This document shows positions 31,271 through 46,070 of a stretch of DNA of 64,000 nt, in pieces. This stretch comes from an uncultured Planctomycetota bacterium (GTDB lineage: Bacteria > Planctomycetota > Planctomycetia > Isosphaerales > Isosphaeraceae), in NCBI GenBank assembly GCA_963823665.1, contig CAWGMQ010000008.1, positions 1,760,001 to 1,824,000 of the forward strand. Direction: 5' to 3'. Below the pieces are notes generated by a model. It saw only the letters and a program-made list of their open reading frames with translations. It searched no databases and was not told the origin of the DNA. Within the stretch, counting starts at the first letter, position 1. Each line of letters begins with the position of its first letter. The translations under genes and the position numbers were made by a program.

Positions 31271-31546
31271 ATGGACTCTGAAATGGTGGTGGCCGGCGCA
31301 ATCATCGACTCCTGGATTGAGCCGACGCGGTCGAAGGCGGATACGACTCGCCTGGTCTTGCAAGTGGCTCCGCGCGAGCGGCCCAAGGATCTGGTGATCG
31401 TCGAGGCCGAGCCTTCGCTTGTACCGGATCGCTTCTGGCTGGAGGATCTGAGCGAGAACCTCTGCCACGGGAGCCCGGTGCTGGCCGTCGGGCGGCAGTG
31501 TTTCAACGGCTTTTTCGCGGCGACGCGGCTGCAACTGGCGCGGTGA
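31271..31546 (+). CDS. Small hypothetical protein
   Basis: Protein-like ORF with purine-rich RBS (GAGGAGAG) before ATG 31271. Confidence 0.55.
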   Translation: MDSEMVVAGAIIDSWIEPTRSKADTTRLVLQVAPRERPKDLVIVEAEPSLVPDRFWLEDLSENLCHGSPVLAVGRQCFNGFFAATRLQLAR

Positions 31547-31630
31547 TCAAGATCGTCGTCACGACATCGTGATTGCTGTCGAAGGCGCTCTGGCGGTTGC
31601 TCGTTGCCGAGCGTCGCACGCCATTCGGCC

Positions 31631-31840
31631 TCATTCCTTGCCGGGTTCTGTGGACCGGGGGAGCAGGTCGCGGGCGTCTGTCGGATCGAGGAGATCGTCG
31701 GGCTCGGCATGGGCTCGGAGCAAGGCTTCGACGCGGCGCCGCAGCCGAAGATCGCCGGCGCAGGCCTCGGCGAGGAAGGCGGCACGCTCGGCTTCGTTCG
31801 GCATGTCGAGGGCGGCGATGAAGATCGCGGCTTCGCTCAT
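31631..31840 (-). pseudogene. Ser/Thr kinase N-terminal fragment, duplicate of the 5' end of the kinase starting at 34892
   Basis: [38 protein letters not shown]; no kinase domain follows. Confidence 0.8.
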
Positions 31841-32026
31841 GATCCTGGCCCCTTTCGCGTCGACGGCTCACGGTCGACCCGAGAGTCAATGCGCCTTCGG
31901 CGGAGGGAAAGCACCATGCTCGCGAGAATTTTTCTTGCGAGATCTCGGTGCGGAGCGGGGCCCGCGCGGGCGCCGCGGAGCCGCCGCGGCGTTCTCCGTT
32001 GCCCGGCGGCATGAACAGGGCCTGCC

Positions 32027-34892
<2,866 letters not shown>

Positions 34893-34937
34893 GATCCCGG
34901 CCCTTTTTCGCGCCGAGCACCCCGGGTCGGCCCGTCA

Positions 34938-34968
34938 GTCAATGCGCCATCAGCCGGCGGAAGGCACC
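34938..34968 (-). promoter_or_regulatory. Conserved motif GGTGC-N-TTCC-N7-GA(T/A)GGCGCATTGA upstream of kinase starts; copies at 31885-31915 and 38995-39025; possible ECF promoter
   Basis: Three aligned copies, each ~45-55 bp upstream of a kinase ATG. Confidence 0.55.
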
Positions 34969-34972
34969 GGGC

Positions 34973-35539
34973 TCACGAATCTTTTTCCTGCGAGATCTCC
35001 GTGCGCAGCCAGGCCCGCGCATACGCCCACCAGCGGTCGGCGGTCGTTGGTGAGATGCCCAGGACTTCGGCGGATGCGGCGAGGCTGAAGCCTCCGAATG
35101 CATGGAGCTTGAGGAGCTCTGCCTTCGCCGGCTCGATCGCGGCGAAACGTTCGAGGGCCTCATCCATGGCGAGCAGTCGTTCGTCGCGCTGGGGCGTTTC
35201 CAGGGCGTCGCCCTCGAGCTCGACGCGGCGGAGGCGTCCCCCGCGCTTGGCACGGCCCTTGCGACGGGCATTTTCCACGAGGATCCGACGCATCGCTTCG
35301 GAGGCCGCCACGAAGAAGTGTTTACGGTTGGCGAAGGTGCGGTCGGTCGAGGAGCCGACGAGGCGCATGTAGGCCTCATGCACCAGGCCCGTGGCATCGA
35401 GCGTCTGTCCGGGAGCTTCGCTCGCCATTCGCACCGCGGCGAGCCGGCGCAGCTCGTCGTAGACCAGGGGCAGAAGCTGCTGGGGCGCCCCGGTGTCGCC
35501 TTGCTCGACGGAGTAGAGGATGCGCGTGACGTCGTCCAT
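34973..35539 (-). CDS. ECF sigma factor, planctomycete TIGR02999-type
   Basis: MDDVTRIL..LLPLVYDELRRLAA..QTLDATGLVHEAYMRL..AMRRILVENARRK..WAYARAWL. Confidence 0.93.
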   Translation of the reverse strand: MDDVTRILYSVEQGDTGAPQQLLPLVYDELRRLAAVRMASEAPGQTLDATGLVHEAYMRLVGSSTDRTFANRKHFFVAASEAMRRILVENARRKGRAKRGGRLRRVELEGDALETPQRDERLLAMDEALERFAAIEPAKAELLKLHAFGGFSLAASAEVLGISPTTADRWWAYARAWLRTEISQEKDS

Positions 35540-35726
35540 CGATTCGGCTGCCGACGGCCGCCCCTGAGGCATTCCCGACCGGAGCCCAGGCGGTGCCGGC
35601 CACCGGCGCCCCACCCCGGCCGGCATGCATTCGGCGACGGCTCGGCTCAAGCTTAACCGGCTGCTCCGGAAAAGGACAGCCACCCGACGTCCACGCCGGA
35701 CGGGGCGGCCGTCGCCGCCGTCGCAG

Positions 35727-38700
35727 TCATCTTTGAAGCCCGGGGGTGCGGGCGAACGGGTCGTCCGGCATGGCCAGGTCCATAAGCAGCAGGGCGAAGT
35801 CGGCCCGGTCCCGCAACGCCGCCAGGTCTGCTGTATCCCGGATTCGGGCCGTTTCTTCACGATAACCGGCAGCCACCGTGGCCTTGAGCGTGCCCATCGC
35901 CCGGTCGCGAGCGGCCTCAGCCTCGCGCGCGGCTGCCCTGCCGCCTTGGCCGTGAGCCGGCTCGGAGACAACGGACGCCAACAGAGCCAGCCCACATGCC
36001 TGATCGAATCGGGCCTCGAGGCTCAGGTCCGCGATCGCTTCCCGCACCGCCGCGGCCCGCCGCAAGGGCGCCTCCGCCTCGGCGCCGCGGCCGGCGCGGT
36101 GGAGGGCGCGGCCCAGCGCGGTCAGGGCGAACGCCAGACCACTGCCGTAGTCAGTGACTGCGGGATAATCCGCGGCTAGCCGCTCGTGCAGCGTCACGCT
36201 TTCGCGAAGGCGGTCGGCCGCCGCGCCAAGACGGCCGGCCTCGATGTCCAGGTTCCCGAGGTTAGCCAGGCTCTTGCCGATGTCCCTCCGCCAGCGGGGG
36301 TTGGCCGGTTCGGCCTCGCTCAGCCTGCGGTAGATCTCGAGCCCCGTGTGGTACTCAGCCTCGGCCTCCCGTCTTCGGTCCGTGTTCGAGAGCAGTTCGC
36401 CGAGATTGAGATGGCTGGTCGCCAGGCGAACCCGGAAGCCGGAGACCGCGGGGTGGTCGTCGGCCAGTTTCTGAAAGATCGCCAGCGCTTGGCGGTAGTC
36501 GGCCTCCGCTTCACGCGACCGGCCGATCTGGCTCAATGTGTGGCCAAGGTTCGAGTGGGTGGTCGCCAAGCGGCTACGGAAGTCGGAATCGGCAGGCTGG
36601 CGGTCCGAGAGCGCCTGGAAAACCGCCAGCGCCGCGCGGTACTCGGAGGCAGCCTCGCGAGCCCGGCCCGTGTCGGCTAGCGCGGCGCCGAAGTTGAGGT
36701 GGGCCGTCGCCAGCGAGCTCTGGAAGTCATCGACGCCGGGTTGCTCGGCGGCGAGTTTCCGCAGGATCGCCAGCGAGGCGCGGAACTCGGCCTCAGCTTC
36801 GCGCGGCCGGCCGGTCTTGTTAAAGAGGCAGCCGATCCAGTCATGCATATCCCCCAGCTCGCGCCGCGCCTCGCCCGGCGCTCCGGGGGCCGACGCCAAG
36901 GCCTCCTGGTCGCCCTGTGCAAGCCGGAAGACGGCCAGCGCCTCGTCGTTCTTGCCGCTCGAGTAGAGGAACCAGCCCATCCGCGACCGGCAGTCCGCCA
37001 GCATCGAGCGGGCCTGTGACGACTCTGCCGCCGGGCCGGCCAGCACGGCGTCGGCGTCACGGAAGGCTGCCAGCGCCTCGTCGGCCTTTCCCGTCTGCTG
37101 GAGGAGCCACGCGATGGCGACCAGGCTGCGGCCCGCCTCAGCTCGCACCGCTGCGGTGGCGCCCGGCGCTTCCGCCAGCACCCGCCGCGCCGCCAGGACC
37201 GACCGATGCGCCTGAATCGCGTCCTCGATGCGGCCGACATTCGACGTCAGCCCCGCTAGCTCGAAGTTGACTTGCGCCAGCTCCCGGCGCGAGGTGAAGT
37301 CGCGCTCTTCGCCCAAAAGCGCGGAGAGCTTGCCGTAGAAATCGGCGGCCGATTTCAGCAGGCGATTGCGCAGGACCTTGAACTGCTCTTCCCTGAGCAG
37401 GAAGTCTGCGCTCACTCCGGTGTGAAACGTCTTGATGGCTTCCGTCGCCAGCTCGTAGCGTGCCCGGACTTTCGCGCTGGCCGACGCCAGCTCAGAGTTC
37501 TTCGCCGCCAGCGCGGCGCGGGCCTGGGTCTGGACCACCGCAACAGCCCCCAGCCCTACCAAGAGCGCGAGTCCCGCCGCAGCGACGCCGGTCACGCCGG
37601 TGCGGTGGCGAGCCAGCCACCGCGTCAAGGTTCTCGACCAGGGCTCGCGGTAAGCCACGACCGGCTCGTCGGCCATCCAGCGCTCGACGTCATCCGCCAG
37701 TGCCCTGCATGATGCGTATCGGTCGACAGGTTTCGTCGCCATCGCCCTGGAGCACAGCGCCGCGAGCGCCGGATCGATCGAAGGCTCGAGGTGCCGAGGT
37801 GGCGGAAAATCACCGCCCTGCACCCGGCGGAGTAACTCGCCGACTTCGTCCCCTTGAAACGGCGGCTTTCCGGTCAGCAGGCAGAAGAGCGTTGCCCCGA
37901 GGCTGTAGACGTCCGAGCGCGGCCCGAGCTGGTCGAGGTCGCCGCTTGCCTGCTCGGGGCTCATGTACGAGGGCGTGCCCAGCGCGACGCCGGGAAGCGT
38001 CTCGGCGCTGCCACTGGCAGAAGGGGCTATGAGGGTCCGTTCGGCGGATGCGCTCCCCGGCTCGAAGTGGCCCAGCGGCTTGGCCAGTCCCCAATCGACC
38101 ACCAGCGTCTCGCCGTGCTTGCCGACGATGATGTTGCCCGGCTTGATGTCGCGGTGCAGCACGCCGCGCGAGTGGGCGTATTCGATCGCATTGCAGACAT
38201 CCGTGAACCGGCGCAAGAGCTTGCGTAACTCGAGCGAGCGCTCGCCGGGGTTTTTCTTGAGAGATTCGTCCGTGTGGAAGCGCTCGATCGCTTCTTTCAG
38301 ATTGTCGCCCTTGATGAACCGCATCGCATAGTAGGGGCGGCCGTCGGTGTAGGCGCCCAGCCCATAGACCGGCACGATCCCCGGATGCTCCAGCCCGCCG
38401 GTGATCTCGGCCTCGAGCAGGAAGCGGGTGCGGCTGGTCGCGTCGTCGGCGTGCTTTTCGAGGATCTGCTTGAGCGCCACCTCGCGATGCAGCTCCTCGT
38501 CGAGGGCGACGAAGACGGCGCCGAAGCCACCCCGGGCGTGGGGGCGGAGGACGCGGAACCGCTGGCCACCCGAGCTGGCCGTGCCGACAGCGTAGCTGGC
38601 CGTACGGTCGGCGCTGCCCTCGGAGCCGGAGTTGAGCTGTGTCAGCGTACGGTCGAGCTCGGGGTCGGCCAGCGCCCTGAGCGATTCGCGGGTGGAGGGG

Positions 38701-38942
38701 CCGGCGGGCATGGCGGCGAGGCTGCGCTCGAGATCGCGGTGTTTCTTCAGGTGCAGGCCCATCATCGCCTCGACGCCCAGGCGCTGCTCGGCGTCCAAGT
38801 CACCGCGCGCGACCAGATGATCGGCCAGCGGCCGGGCGCGGTCCCGGGTCCAGGCCTGGAAGGCGGCGACGAGCTGCACCTGGTCAATCAAGCCGTTCTG
38901 CAGCGCGAGCAGCCCGAAGAGAAGATTTTGATCAGCGGACAT
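35727..38942 (-). CDS. Ser/Thr protein kinase with TM segment and TPR repeats
   Basis: MSADQNLLFGLLALQNGLI; HARGGFGAV, VALKQI, HRDIKPGN, VDWGLAK, GTPSYMSPE. Confidence 0.93.
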   Translation of the reverse strand: MSADQNLLFGLLALQNGLIDQVQLVAAFQAWTRDRARPLADHLVARGDLDAEQRLGVEAMMGLHLKKHRDLERSLAAMPAGPSTRESLRALADPELDRTLTQLNSGSEGSADRTASYAVGTASSGGQRFRVLRPHARGGFGAVFVALDEELHREVALKQILEKHADDATSRTRFLLEAEITGGLEHPGIVPVYGLGAYTDGRPYYAMRFIKGDNLKEAIERFHTDESLKKNPGERSLELRKLLRRFTDVCNAIEYAHSRGVLHRDIKPGNIIVGKHGETLVVDWGLAKPLGHFEPGSASAERTLIAPSASGSAETLPGVALGTPSYMSPEQASGDLDQLGPRSDVYSLGATLFCLLTGKPPFQGDEVGELLRRVQGGDFPPPRHLEPSIDPALAALCSRAMATKPVDRYASCRALADDVERWMADEPVVAYREPWSRTLTRWLARHRTGVTGVAAAGLALLVGLGAVAVVQTQARAALAAKNSELASASAKVRARYELATEAIKTFHTGVSADFLLREEQFKVLRNRLLKSAADFYGKLSALLGEERDFTSRRELAQVNFELAGLTSNVGRIEDAIQAHRSVLAARRVLAEAPGATAAVRAEAGRSLVAIAWLLQQTGKADEALAAFRDADAVLAGPAAESSQARSMLADCRSRMGWFLYSSGKNDEALAVFRLAQGDQEALASAPGAPGEARRELGDMHDWIGCLFNKTGRPREAEAEFRASLAILRKLAAEQPGVDDFQSSLATAHLNFGAALADTGRAREAASEYRAALAVFQALSDRQPADSDFRSRLATTHSNLGHTLSQIGRSREAEADYRQALAIFQKLADDHPAVSGFRVRLATSHLNLGELLSNTDRRREAEAEYHTGLEIYRRLSEAEPANPRWRRDIGKSLANLGNLDIEAGRLGAAADRLRESVTLHERLAADYPAVTDYGSGLAFALTALGRALHRAGRGAEAEAPLRRAAAVREAIADLSLEARFDQACGLALLASVVSEPAHGQGGRAAAREAEAARDRAMGTLKATVAAGYREETARIRDTADLAALRDRADFALLLMDLAMPDDPFARTPGLQR

Positions 38943-39239
38943 GGCTGCGGCTCCCCGGCGCCTTGCGCACCAGCGTCATTGGTCGGCCCGTCATTCAATG
39001 CGCCATCAGGCGGTGGAAAGCACCGCGGCCGCGCATCATTTTGTGGCAAGATCGGCGGAGGCGGCTCGCCCGTTGCGGGCTGGGCGAGAGGCCGAATCGC
39101 GAAAAACTGGGGCAGCGCTGGGGTAATTTCCGGCCAGATGGCGCTTTGTGGTTAGAAGCACTTCACGATTCCAAATGCGTGGCCCGTCGCGGTTGGGTGA
39201 CCCGGTTCGCCGTGCCGCTTGGAACAAGGGGGGTGAGCG

Positions 39240-40451
39240 ATGTCTGTCTTCGGCAGGCAACAACAACGCAATGACAGACGGAAGGCAAATCGGTGGATCG
39301 AGTTGGAGCTGCTCGAGTCGCGGGTCGCGCTCAGCACGTTTCGGGTCAACACTCTGCTCGACACCGTGGCCGTGAACTTGAAGACGGGTCAGGACGCTTC
39401 GGGCCACATTTCGCTGCGCTCGGCGATCATGGCGGCCAACGCCAAGCCCGACCCCGACACGATCATTCTGCCGGCGGGCACGTTCACGCTGACCATTCCT
39501 GAAGCGGGAGATGACGACGATTCGACGGGCGATCTCGACATCGACACCAACGTGACGATCAAAGGCAAAGGCGCCGGCGCGACCATCATCGATGGAAACT
39601 TTCTGGACCGAGATTTCCACATCTTCAGCGGCAAGGTCACGATTTCGGGCGTCACGATCGAGCATGGGAATGCATCTGACGGCGACGGAGGCGGAATTCT
39701 CAACTCGGGGGGCAAGGTCACGCTCTCTTCGGTGGATGTCGTGGACAACGTCGCGCGCGGCTTCGGCTACTCCAAGGGGACCGGGAGCAGCGGAGCAGCC
39801 CCCGCCGGTAAGGACGGACTTCCTGGAGGCAACGGCTCCGGCGGTGGGATTTTCAACGCGGCCGGCTCGCTCACGATCATGAATAGTTTGATCAAGTCTA
39901 ACTCGGCGATCGGAGGTAACGGCGAGATCGGCGGTGAGGGGCTGGACGTCACCGGTGCCAACGGTAAGACGGGCCAGAGCGGGCAAGCCGCTTCCGGCGC
40001 CGGGGGTGGCAGCGGGGGTGAAGGGGGGCAAGCGTTTGGTGGCGGCAACGTTTCCGGAGGCAACGGCGGCGCGAGCGGCCTTGGGGGCTCGGCCTATGGA
40101 GGTGGCTTCGCCGACGACGGAATCGTCACACTCAACCCGCGTCTCGGGGCCAAGAAACGGTCGAATCAAGCCAAGGCGACCGACACCGTCACGGCGAACT
40201 TCGCCAACGGAGGGCAGGCAGGTCCAGGAGGTGACGCAGGGGGCACAATCCCCGGGGGCGGAGGGGCACCCTCCGGGTCGGGAGGCCGAGTCGTCACCGC
40301 CGGCGAGCGTGGCTCGGTGAAGGACGGTGGTGTTGGAAGCGGCGGCGGCGCGGCGGTCGACAGCGACACAACTTATGCTAATACAAACATTACAGGTAAC
40401 CACGCATCGACGAGTGATCCAGAGGTGAACACCGATATCAACGGGCCGTGA
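39240..40451 (+). CDS. LEPR-XLL secreted glycine-rich beta-helix (CSLREA-like) protein
   Basis: LELLESRVALS; ISLRSAIMAAN; TGDLDI; GGGI.N repeats; GGGGTGAG RBS. Confidence 0.85.
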   Translation: MSVFGRQQQRNDRRKANRWIELELLESRVALSTFRVNTLLDTVAVNLKTGQDASGHISLRSAIMAANAKPDPDTIILPAGTFTLTIPEAGDDDDSTGDLDIDTNVTIKGKGAGATIIDGNFLDRDFHIFSGKVTISGVTIEHGNASDGDGGGILNSGGKVTLSSVDVVDNVARGFGYSKGTGSSGAAPAGKDGLPGGNGSGGGIFNAAGSLTIMNSLIKSNSAIGGNGEIGGEGLDVTGANGKTGQSGQAASGAGGGSGGEGGQAFGGGNVSGGNGGASGLGGSAYGGGFADDGIVTLNPRLGAKKRSNQAKATDTVTANFANGGQAGPGGDAGGTIPGGGGAPSGSGGRVVTAGERGSVKDGGVGSGGGAAVDSDTTYANTNITGNHASTSDPEVNTDINGP

Positions 40452-40595
40452 CAGCCAGAACAGGGGGCGACCTCGCGGTTCAGACGAGCCGGCGGGGACG
40501 GTGCGCCCAGTGAGAATCACCTGACTCCAGAGGGGCTCGTGGGGCCCGCAACACTTTTGTTTTCCCGAGTCGCTTCTGTTTTGGAGGTCATCGCC

Positions 40596-43098
40596 ATGCT
40601 CGCACTGCCATTTCGATCACAATCGAACCGCAAGCCGAATCGGTCGAAGTCGTGCCGGCCACGAATCGAATGGATGGAGCCGAGGACGCTGCTCTCGGCC
40701 GTCACCTGGACGGGCGGCGGCGGTGACAACAACTGGGACACCGCCGGCGAACTGGAGCACAGACAGCGTCCCGGGATCGGGCGACGACGTCACGATCGAC
40801 ATCGCCGCGAACGTCGTTCACTCGAATAACGTCACCGACTCGATCAACAGCCTCACCTCGACGGAACCGCTGACGATCTCGGGCGGCACGCTCTCGATCG
40901 CCGCGGCGTCGACGATCGACAACACCCTCTCGCTCACCGGTGGCACGCTCACCGGCACGGGTGACGTGAGCGTCAGCGGCCTTGTGACTCTGACTACCGG
41001 CACACTTTCCGGGGGAAGCGCGCTCAATGCCAACGGTGGGATGCTGATCAACGCGCCGACCCAGGGCTTGAACTTCGACGGCCGCACGATCAATAACCCA
41101 GCCGGCCAGACCGTCATGTGGAACTCGCCCGGCAACAGCAACATCCTGGTTTCGGATGACACCGTCTTCAACAATCTGGGCACGTTCACGGCCAGCGGCA
41201 ACGGGTCTTACAACGAAGCGGGGGCCGGCGACAATTCCTCGTTTAACAACATGGGGACCTTGACCAGCTCGGGATTGCCGGGATATCACCGTGCCGTTCA
41301 ATATGGTCGGCGGGTCGCTCGACGTGACGGGTGACGGCAGTGTCAGCCTCCAGAGCGGGACGAGCACCGGCGGCGCGTTCAACATCGCGTCCGGAGCGAG
41401 TCTCGGATTGGGCAGCACATTCACCGGATACTCCGTCGACCCGACCACAACCATCAGCGGGACCGGCAGCCTGAGCGTCGGTGCGAACCCCACAATGGTC
41501 TTGCCCGCAAACTACAGCTTCGCTGGTTCCACGAAGTGTCTTCAGCGGCGTGCTCCAGGTTGACGGCTCACTGATCGGCAGCCGGAATCAATGTCTCGGG
41601 CGGCACCTTGAGCGGGACCGGGACGGTCGGCGCGATGTCCGTCGAAGAGGCGGAGGTGAGTCCGGGTGACGGCGGTGGCCCCGGAATCCTGAACGTTCAG
41701 GGACCGGTCGATTTCGCGGGGAATTTCGACGATGAAGAAGGGCAAGAGTTTTCCACGTTCACGGTGCAACTCAATGGCCCGACACCGGGAACCGGCTACA
41801 GCCAGCTCAATGTCAGCCGGGGCGGTCGATCTGGCAGAGTGTTCTCTCGAACCCGTCGCTCGGGTTCACGCCCACAAGCGGTGAACAATTCACGATCATC
41901 AAGAGCACCGCACCGATCGTCGGGACGTTTGATGGGCTTCCCGAGGGCGCCTCGTTAACGATCGGCAATACGCCGTTCACGATCAGCTATCACGGCGGGG
42001 ATGGCGACGATGTCGTGCTGACCCAGGCGACACGCGGCCGCGCCGACGGTCACCGGCATCAGCCCGAGCAGCGGGCCGGCGGCCGGCGGCACTCTGGTGA
42101 CGATCACCGGCACGGCTTCACCGGCGCCACGGCCGTCGACTTCGGCACGAGCCCGGCGACGGGCGTGACCGTGGTCAACGCCACCACGATCACCGCCGAC
42201 AGCCCGGCGGGCAGCGGCGCGGTCGACGTGACCGTGATCGACCCCCGGCGGCACGTCGGCCACCTCGACCGCCGACCAGTTCACGTACACCGCGGTCGCC
42301 GCGCCGACGGTCACGGGAATCAGCCCGAACAGCGGGCCCGCGGCCGGCGGCACTCTGGTGACGATCACCGGAACCGGGTTCACCGGCGCCACGGCCGTCG
42401 ACTTCGGCACGACGGCGGCGACGGGCGTCACCGTGGTGAACGGCACCACGATCACGGCCGACAGCCCGGCGGGCACCGGCGTCGCCAACGTGACCGTGAT
42501 CACTCCGGGCGGCACATCGGCCGACGTCGCCCGCCGATCAGTTCACGTACGTTGCCGCTTCACCGACGGTCGTCTCTGTGTCACGCTTTGGCTTTCATAT
42601 GCAGCCAACGTCCGTGGTCCTGACCTTCAGCTCGGCGCTTGATCCGACGCGGGCTGATGACGTGAACAATTATCAGTTTGTGACGATGGGTGGGCGGGGG
42701 AAGAACGGAAATCTGATCGGCCACGTCACCCGTGTCAGGGCCGCGGTTTACGACCCGGCGACGCTCACCGTGACGCTCTATCCGAGCAGCCGGCTCAATA
42801 TCCACAACGTGTATCGACTCACGGTGAACGGCAAGACATCGAAGGGGCTGATGGGCGCAACGGGCGTTCCGCTCGATAGCCAGGGCAAGGGCACGCCGGC
42901 GCGAACTATGTCCGGTTGATCACCGGGAAGCTGCTGGCGGGTCCGGCGCCGTCGCTGCCGGCAGCTCAACGAAAGAGGCTGGCCGCGTACCTTCGGCAGA
43001 TTGACGGCCGTTCCGCCTCGGGTGTCGATGCGGGATCGGCCTCCGGGAAGTTGGACGCCAGGGTGAACGCGGTGCGAATCCAGGGGGGACAGACGTGA
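40596..43098 (+). CDS. LEPR-XLL secreted protein with beta-helix, two IPT/TIG domains and C-terminal Ig-like domain; several frameshifts
   Basis: IEWMEPRTLLSAVTWTGGGGDNNW; GGAGG RBS; APTVTGISP.SGPAAGGTLVTITGT repeats; PTSVVLTFSSALDP..AVYDPATLTVTLYP. Confidence 0.75.
42040..42560 (+). repeat. Tandem ~261 bp IPT/TIG coding duplication
   Basis: gcgccgacggtcac..cagcccga..gcgggcc.gcggccggcggcactctggtgacgatcaccgg at 42040 and 42301. Confidence 0.85.
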
Positions 43099-43183
43099 CG
43101 ATCCGCGCGAGGTGAGAGGGGCCGGTGTCTCGCAGTGAGGGTGGCGCGAAGGCATCTGGAAGATGCGATCGACGAACGAGAAT

Positions 43184-43293
43184 GCAAAGAGTGGCTCACG
43201 CGAAGGCGCAACGGCGCAAAGAAGAAAAGGCGCGAATCGACAGACAGACCGAGGGCGAGGGCACGCGTCGCGATTCGGGCTTGGAAGGTGATG
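43184..43293. repeat. ~110 bp intergenic direct repeat C, copy 1
   Basis: gcaaagagtggctcacgc..ggcgcaacggcgcaaagaagaaaaggc..agacagaccgagggcgagggcacg..ttcgggcttgga.ggtgatg matches 46290-46399. Confidence 0.9.
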
Positions 43294-43513
43294 CACTGCC
43301 GACTTGTGGCAAGAGTGCGATGCATGTCCTCGTTATTCCGAATCGGGTTCGACCGGATCTCTGAAGGCGATAATCGGTTCCTGAGAGGATCTTCTGGACG
43401 GTGGAAGTCACCTTCGCCCGGGAGTGGGCGAAATGCTATGATGACGTGTGCCGGGAAAGCCGTTTTCGGTTCCTGGCACCTTTTCCCGGTTCCCTCAGCT
43501 CACGAGCCCCGCG

Positions 43514-45333
43514 ATGATCAACGAAACACACCGTGCGCTGGCCGCCTTGGTGGGCCTGTGCGCCTTCATGCCGGGAAACGCCCTCGGCGGCCCCGTCTCG
43601 GCGGCGAACACGACCGTGTTCGGCCCGAACGTCTATGTCTTCGACACGAGCATGCCGCCCGCGGACATCCAGGGCACCGCCGCCGGGATCTTCTCGAAGA
43701 TGGAGTCCAACCAGTTTGGCCCGGCGCGGTTCGCGCTGCTCTTCAAGCCGGGGAAGTACAACGTGACCTTTGACGTCGGCTTCTACACGCAGGTGGCGGG
43801 GCTGGGGCGGAGCCCGGACGACGTCCGCATCGACGGGGGTGTGAACGTCAATGCCCGGTGGATGCCTAACGCCAACGCGACGTGCAACTTCTGGCGGGCG
43901 CTGGAAAACTTCGCCGTCACTCCTTCGGCGACCAAGGGCATCACGCGGATCGCCGTCTCCCAGGCTGCTCCCCTGAGGCGTCTTCACGTCAAGGGGGATC
44001 TGCATCTGTTCGACTTCAACGCGAGGGGGAACGCGGGCTGGGCCAGCGGCGGTTTCCTGGCCGACTCGGTCGTGGACGGGAAGGTCGTCCCCGCCTCGCA
44101 GCAGCAATGGCTTTCTCGCAACAGCAAGTGGTCCGAGTGGAGCAACGGGGTCTGGAACATGGTGTTCGTGGGCTGCTCCAACGTCCCGGCCGGAGTCTTT
44201 CCCGACCCGCCCTACACCGTGGTCAGACAGACGCCCATCATCCGCGAGAAGCCCTACCTCTACGTCGATCGCTCCGGCCAATACTTTGTCTTCGTCCCGT
44301 CGTTGCGGAGAAACACCCAAGGCGTCAGTTGGGCCGACGGCCCCACGCCGGGAACCTCCATTCCGATCGACCGGTTTTACATCGCGCAACCCCCGACGGC
44401 CAGCGCCGCCAAGATCAACGCCGCCCTGGCGGCTGGCAGGCACATCCTCATCACCCCGGGTGTTTACTCGCTCGACGACTCATTGAAGGTCACCAAGGCC
44501 AACACCATCATCCTCGGGCTCGGTGTCCCCTCGCTTGTTCCGACGAACGGCTTGCCGGCTATCTCGGTTGCCGACGTGGATGGCGTGACCATCGCCGGCC
44601 TGATCGTCGATGCCGGTGTGGTCAAGTCCGCCACGCTCCTGGAGGTGGGCCCCGCGGGGGGCAAGGCTGATCATTCAGCCAACCCCACCTTCCTCTACGA
44701 CCTGACAGTACGAACCGGCGGCCCGAGGCCGGGCAAGAATGACGTGGGAATCACCATCAACAGCGATGACGTCGTGGCGGATCAGATATGGTTGTGGCGC
44801 GCGGACCACGGCGCGGCGCCGCCTGGACCACGAACCCCACGAAGAACGGCCTGGTCGTCAATGGCAACGAAGTGACAGTCTACGGCCTGTTCAATGAGCA
44901 CCACGAGGAATACCAGACCCTGTGGAACGGCGACGGCGGGCGTGTCTACTTCTACCAGTCCGAGATGCCTTACGACGTGCCCAACCAGTCCTCCTGGATG
45001 AGCGGCAAGACAAACGGCTACGCGTCATACAAGGTTGCCGACACCGTGACGGGCCACGAGGCGTGGGGCGTCGGCGTCTACGCCTATTTCCGCGATGCGG
45101 CAGTAAGGGCCGACAGCGCCATCGAAGCCCCCGCGGTCGGGGGCGTCAAGTTCCATAACTTGACGACCGTCTGGCTCAATGGCCGGGCCGGCAGCGAGAT
45201 TACCCACATCATCAACCGCAGCGGTGGCCGGGTTCACGCCAACTCGCCCGCCGGAGCGATGCGGCAGACCTTTCGTGAATTCGCGGGCACGCCACCGGGT
45301 GGTGGCGCGACGAGTGGCACAAAGCAGCGCTAA
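43514..45333 (+). CDS. Secreted GH55-type exo-beta-1,3-glucanase-like protein; frameshift near 44815
   Basis: Signal peptide; FGPNVYVFD, NQFG..ALLFKPG.Y, VGFYTQVAGLG, NATCNFWR..EN, SQAAPLRR, SGGFLAD, SQQQW, WLWRADHG, FYQSEMPYD. Confidence 0.82.
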
Positions 45334-45362
45334 TTCGATAGGATGCGTTACTTCTCGCCGAT

Positions 45363-46070
45363 TCAGGGCATGCCCGCAAGCTTGTATAGCGCCCAGCCCT
45401 CGGGGGTCGATCGGAACTCGTAACGACCGCCGGGCGAGATCCGATACCGGCGCTGGCCGATCGATCCGCCGGCGTCGTAGGTGATGTGCGAGTCGGCGGT
45501 CACGGGCAAGTCCTGGCGCGAGCCGCCGGCGGCCTGATAGGTGATGCCATCGATGGAGAAGGCGACGCCGGCCCCCGCCGGCTCGGCATTGACGATCGTG
45601 ACCGGGATCGTCGGGGCGGCGACCATCATTGCCGGGGTCGGGAGAGACTGCCGGGGGTAGGGAGATGGTATCGGGTGGGTGGCCTGAGCGATGAAGGCGC
45701 ACGACACTTCATCGGTGCGGATCGGGTAAAAGCAAGGGTATTGGCGCGAGTTCCACCGGGCGAGCCATTCGTGGATCGCGATGCGATACTTGACGTTGTC
45801 GATCTGATGGATGTCGTGTTCCACGGCGGCCATGTCGCCGCTCTGGGCATCGAGCATGAGCTTGGCCTGGAGCTTTTCGAAACGCCACTGCGCGTGCGCC
45901 TCGTTCAGAATGTCATACTCAGCCCCGGTGATCACGGCTCTGCAGAAGCCTGGATGTTCTCGGGGCGGGCCCGGGTCGACGCCGATTTGCGCGGCGGCGG
46001 GCGTTGACGAGAGCAGTGCGACCACAAGGGCCGCCCCAGCGATCGAGCCTCGGCAGTGGAGCCTGGACAT
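45363..46070 (-). CDS. Hypothetical secreted protein
   Basis: Signal peptide ending PAAAQ; GGAGA RBS; C-terminal small beta domain. Confidence 0.7.
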   Translation of the reverse strand: MSRLHCRGSIAGAALVVALLSSTPAAAQIGVDPGPPREHPGFCRAVITGAEYDILNEAHAQWRFEKLQAKLMLDAQSGDMAAVEHDIHQIDNVKYRIAIHEWLARWNSRQYPCFYPIRTDEVSCAFIAQATHPIPSPYPRQSLPTPAMMVAAPTIPVTIVNAEPAGAGVAFSIDGITYQAAGGSRQDLPVTADSHITYDAGGSIGQRRYRISPGGRYEFRSTPEGWALYKLAGMP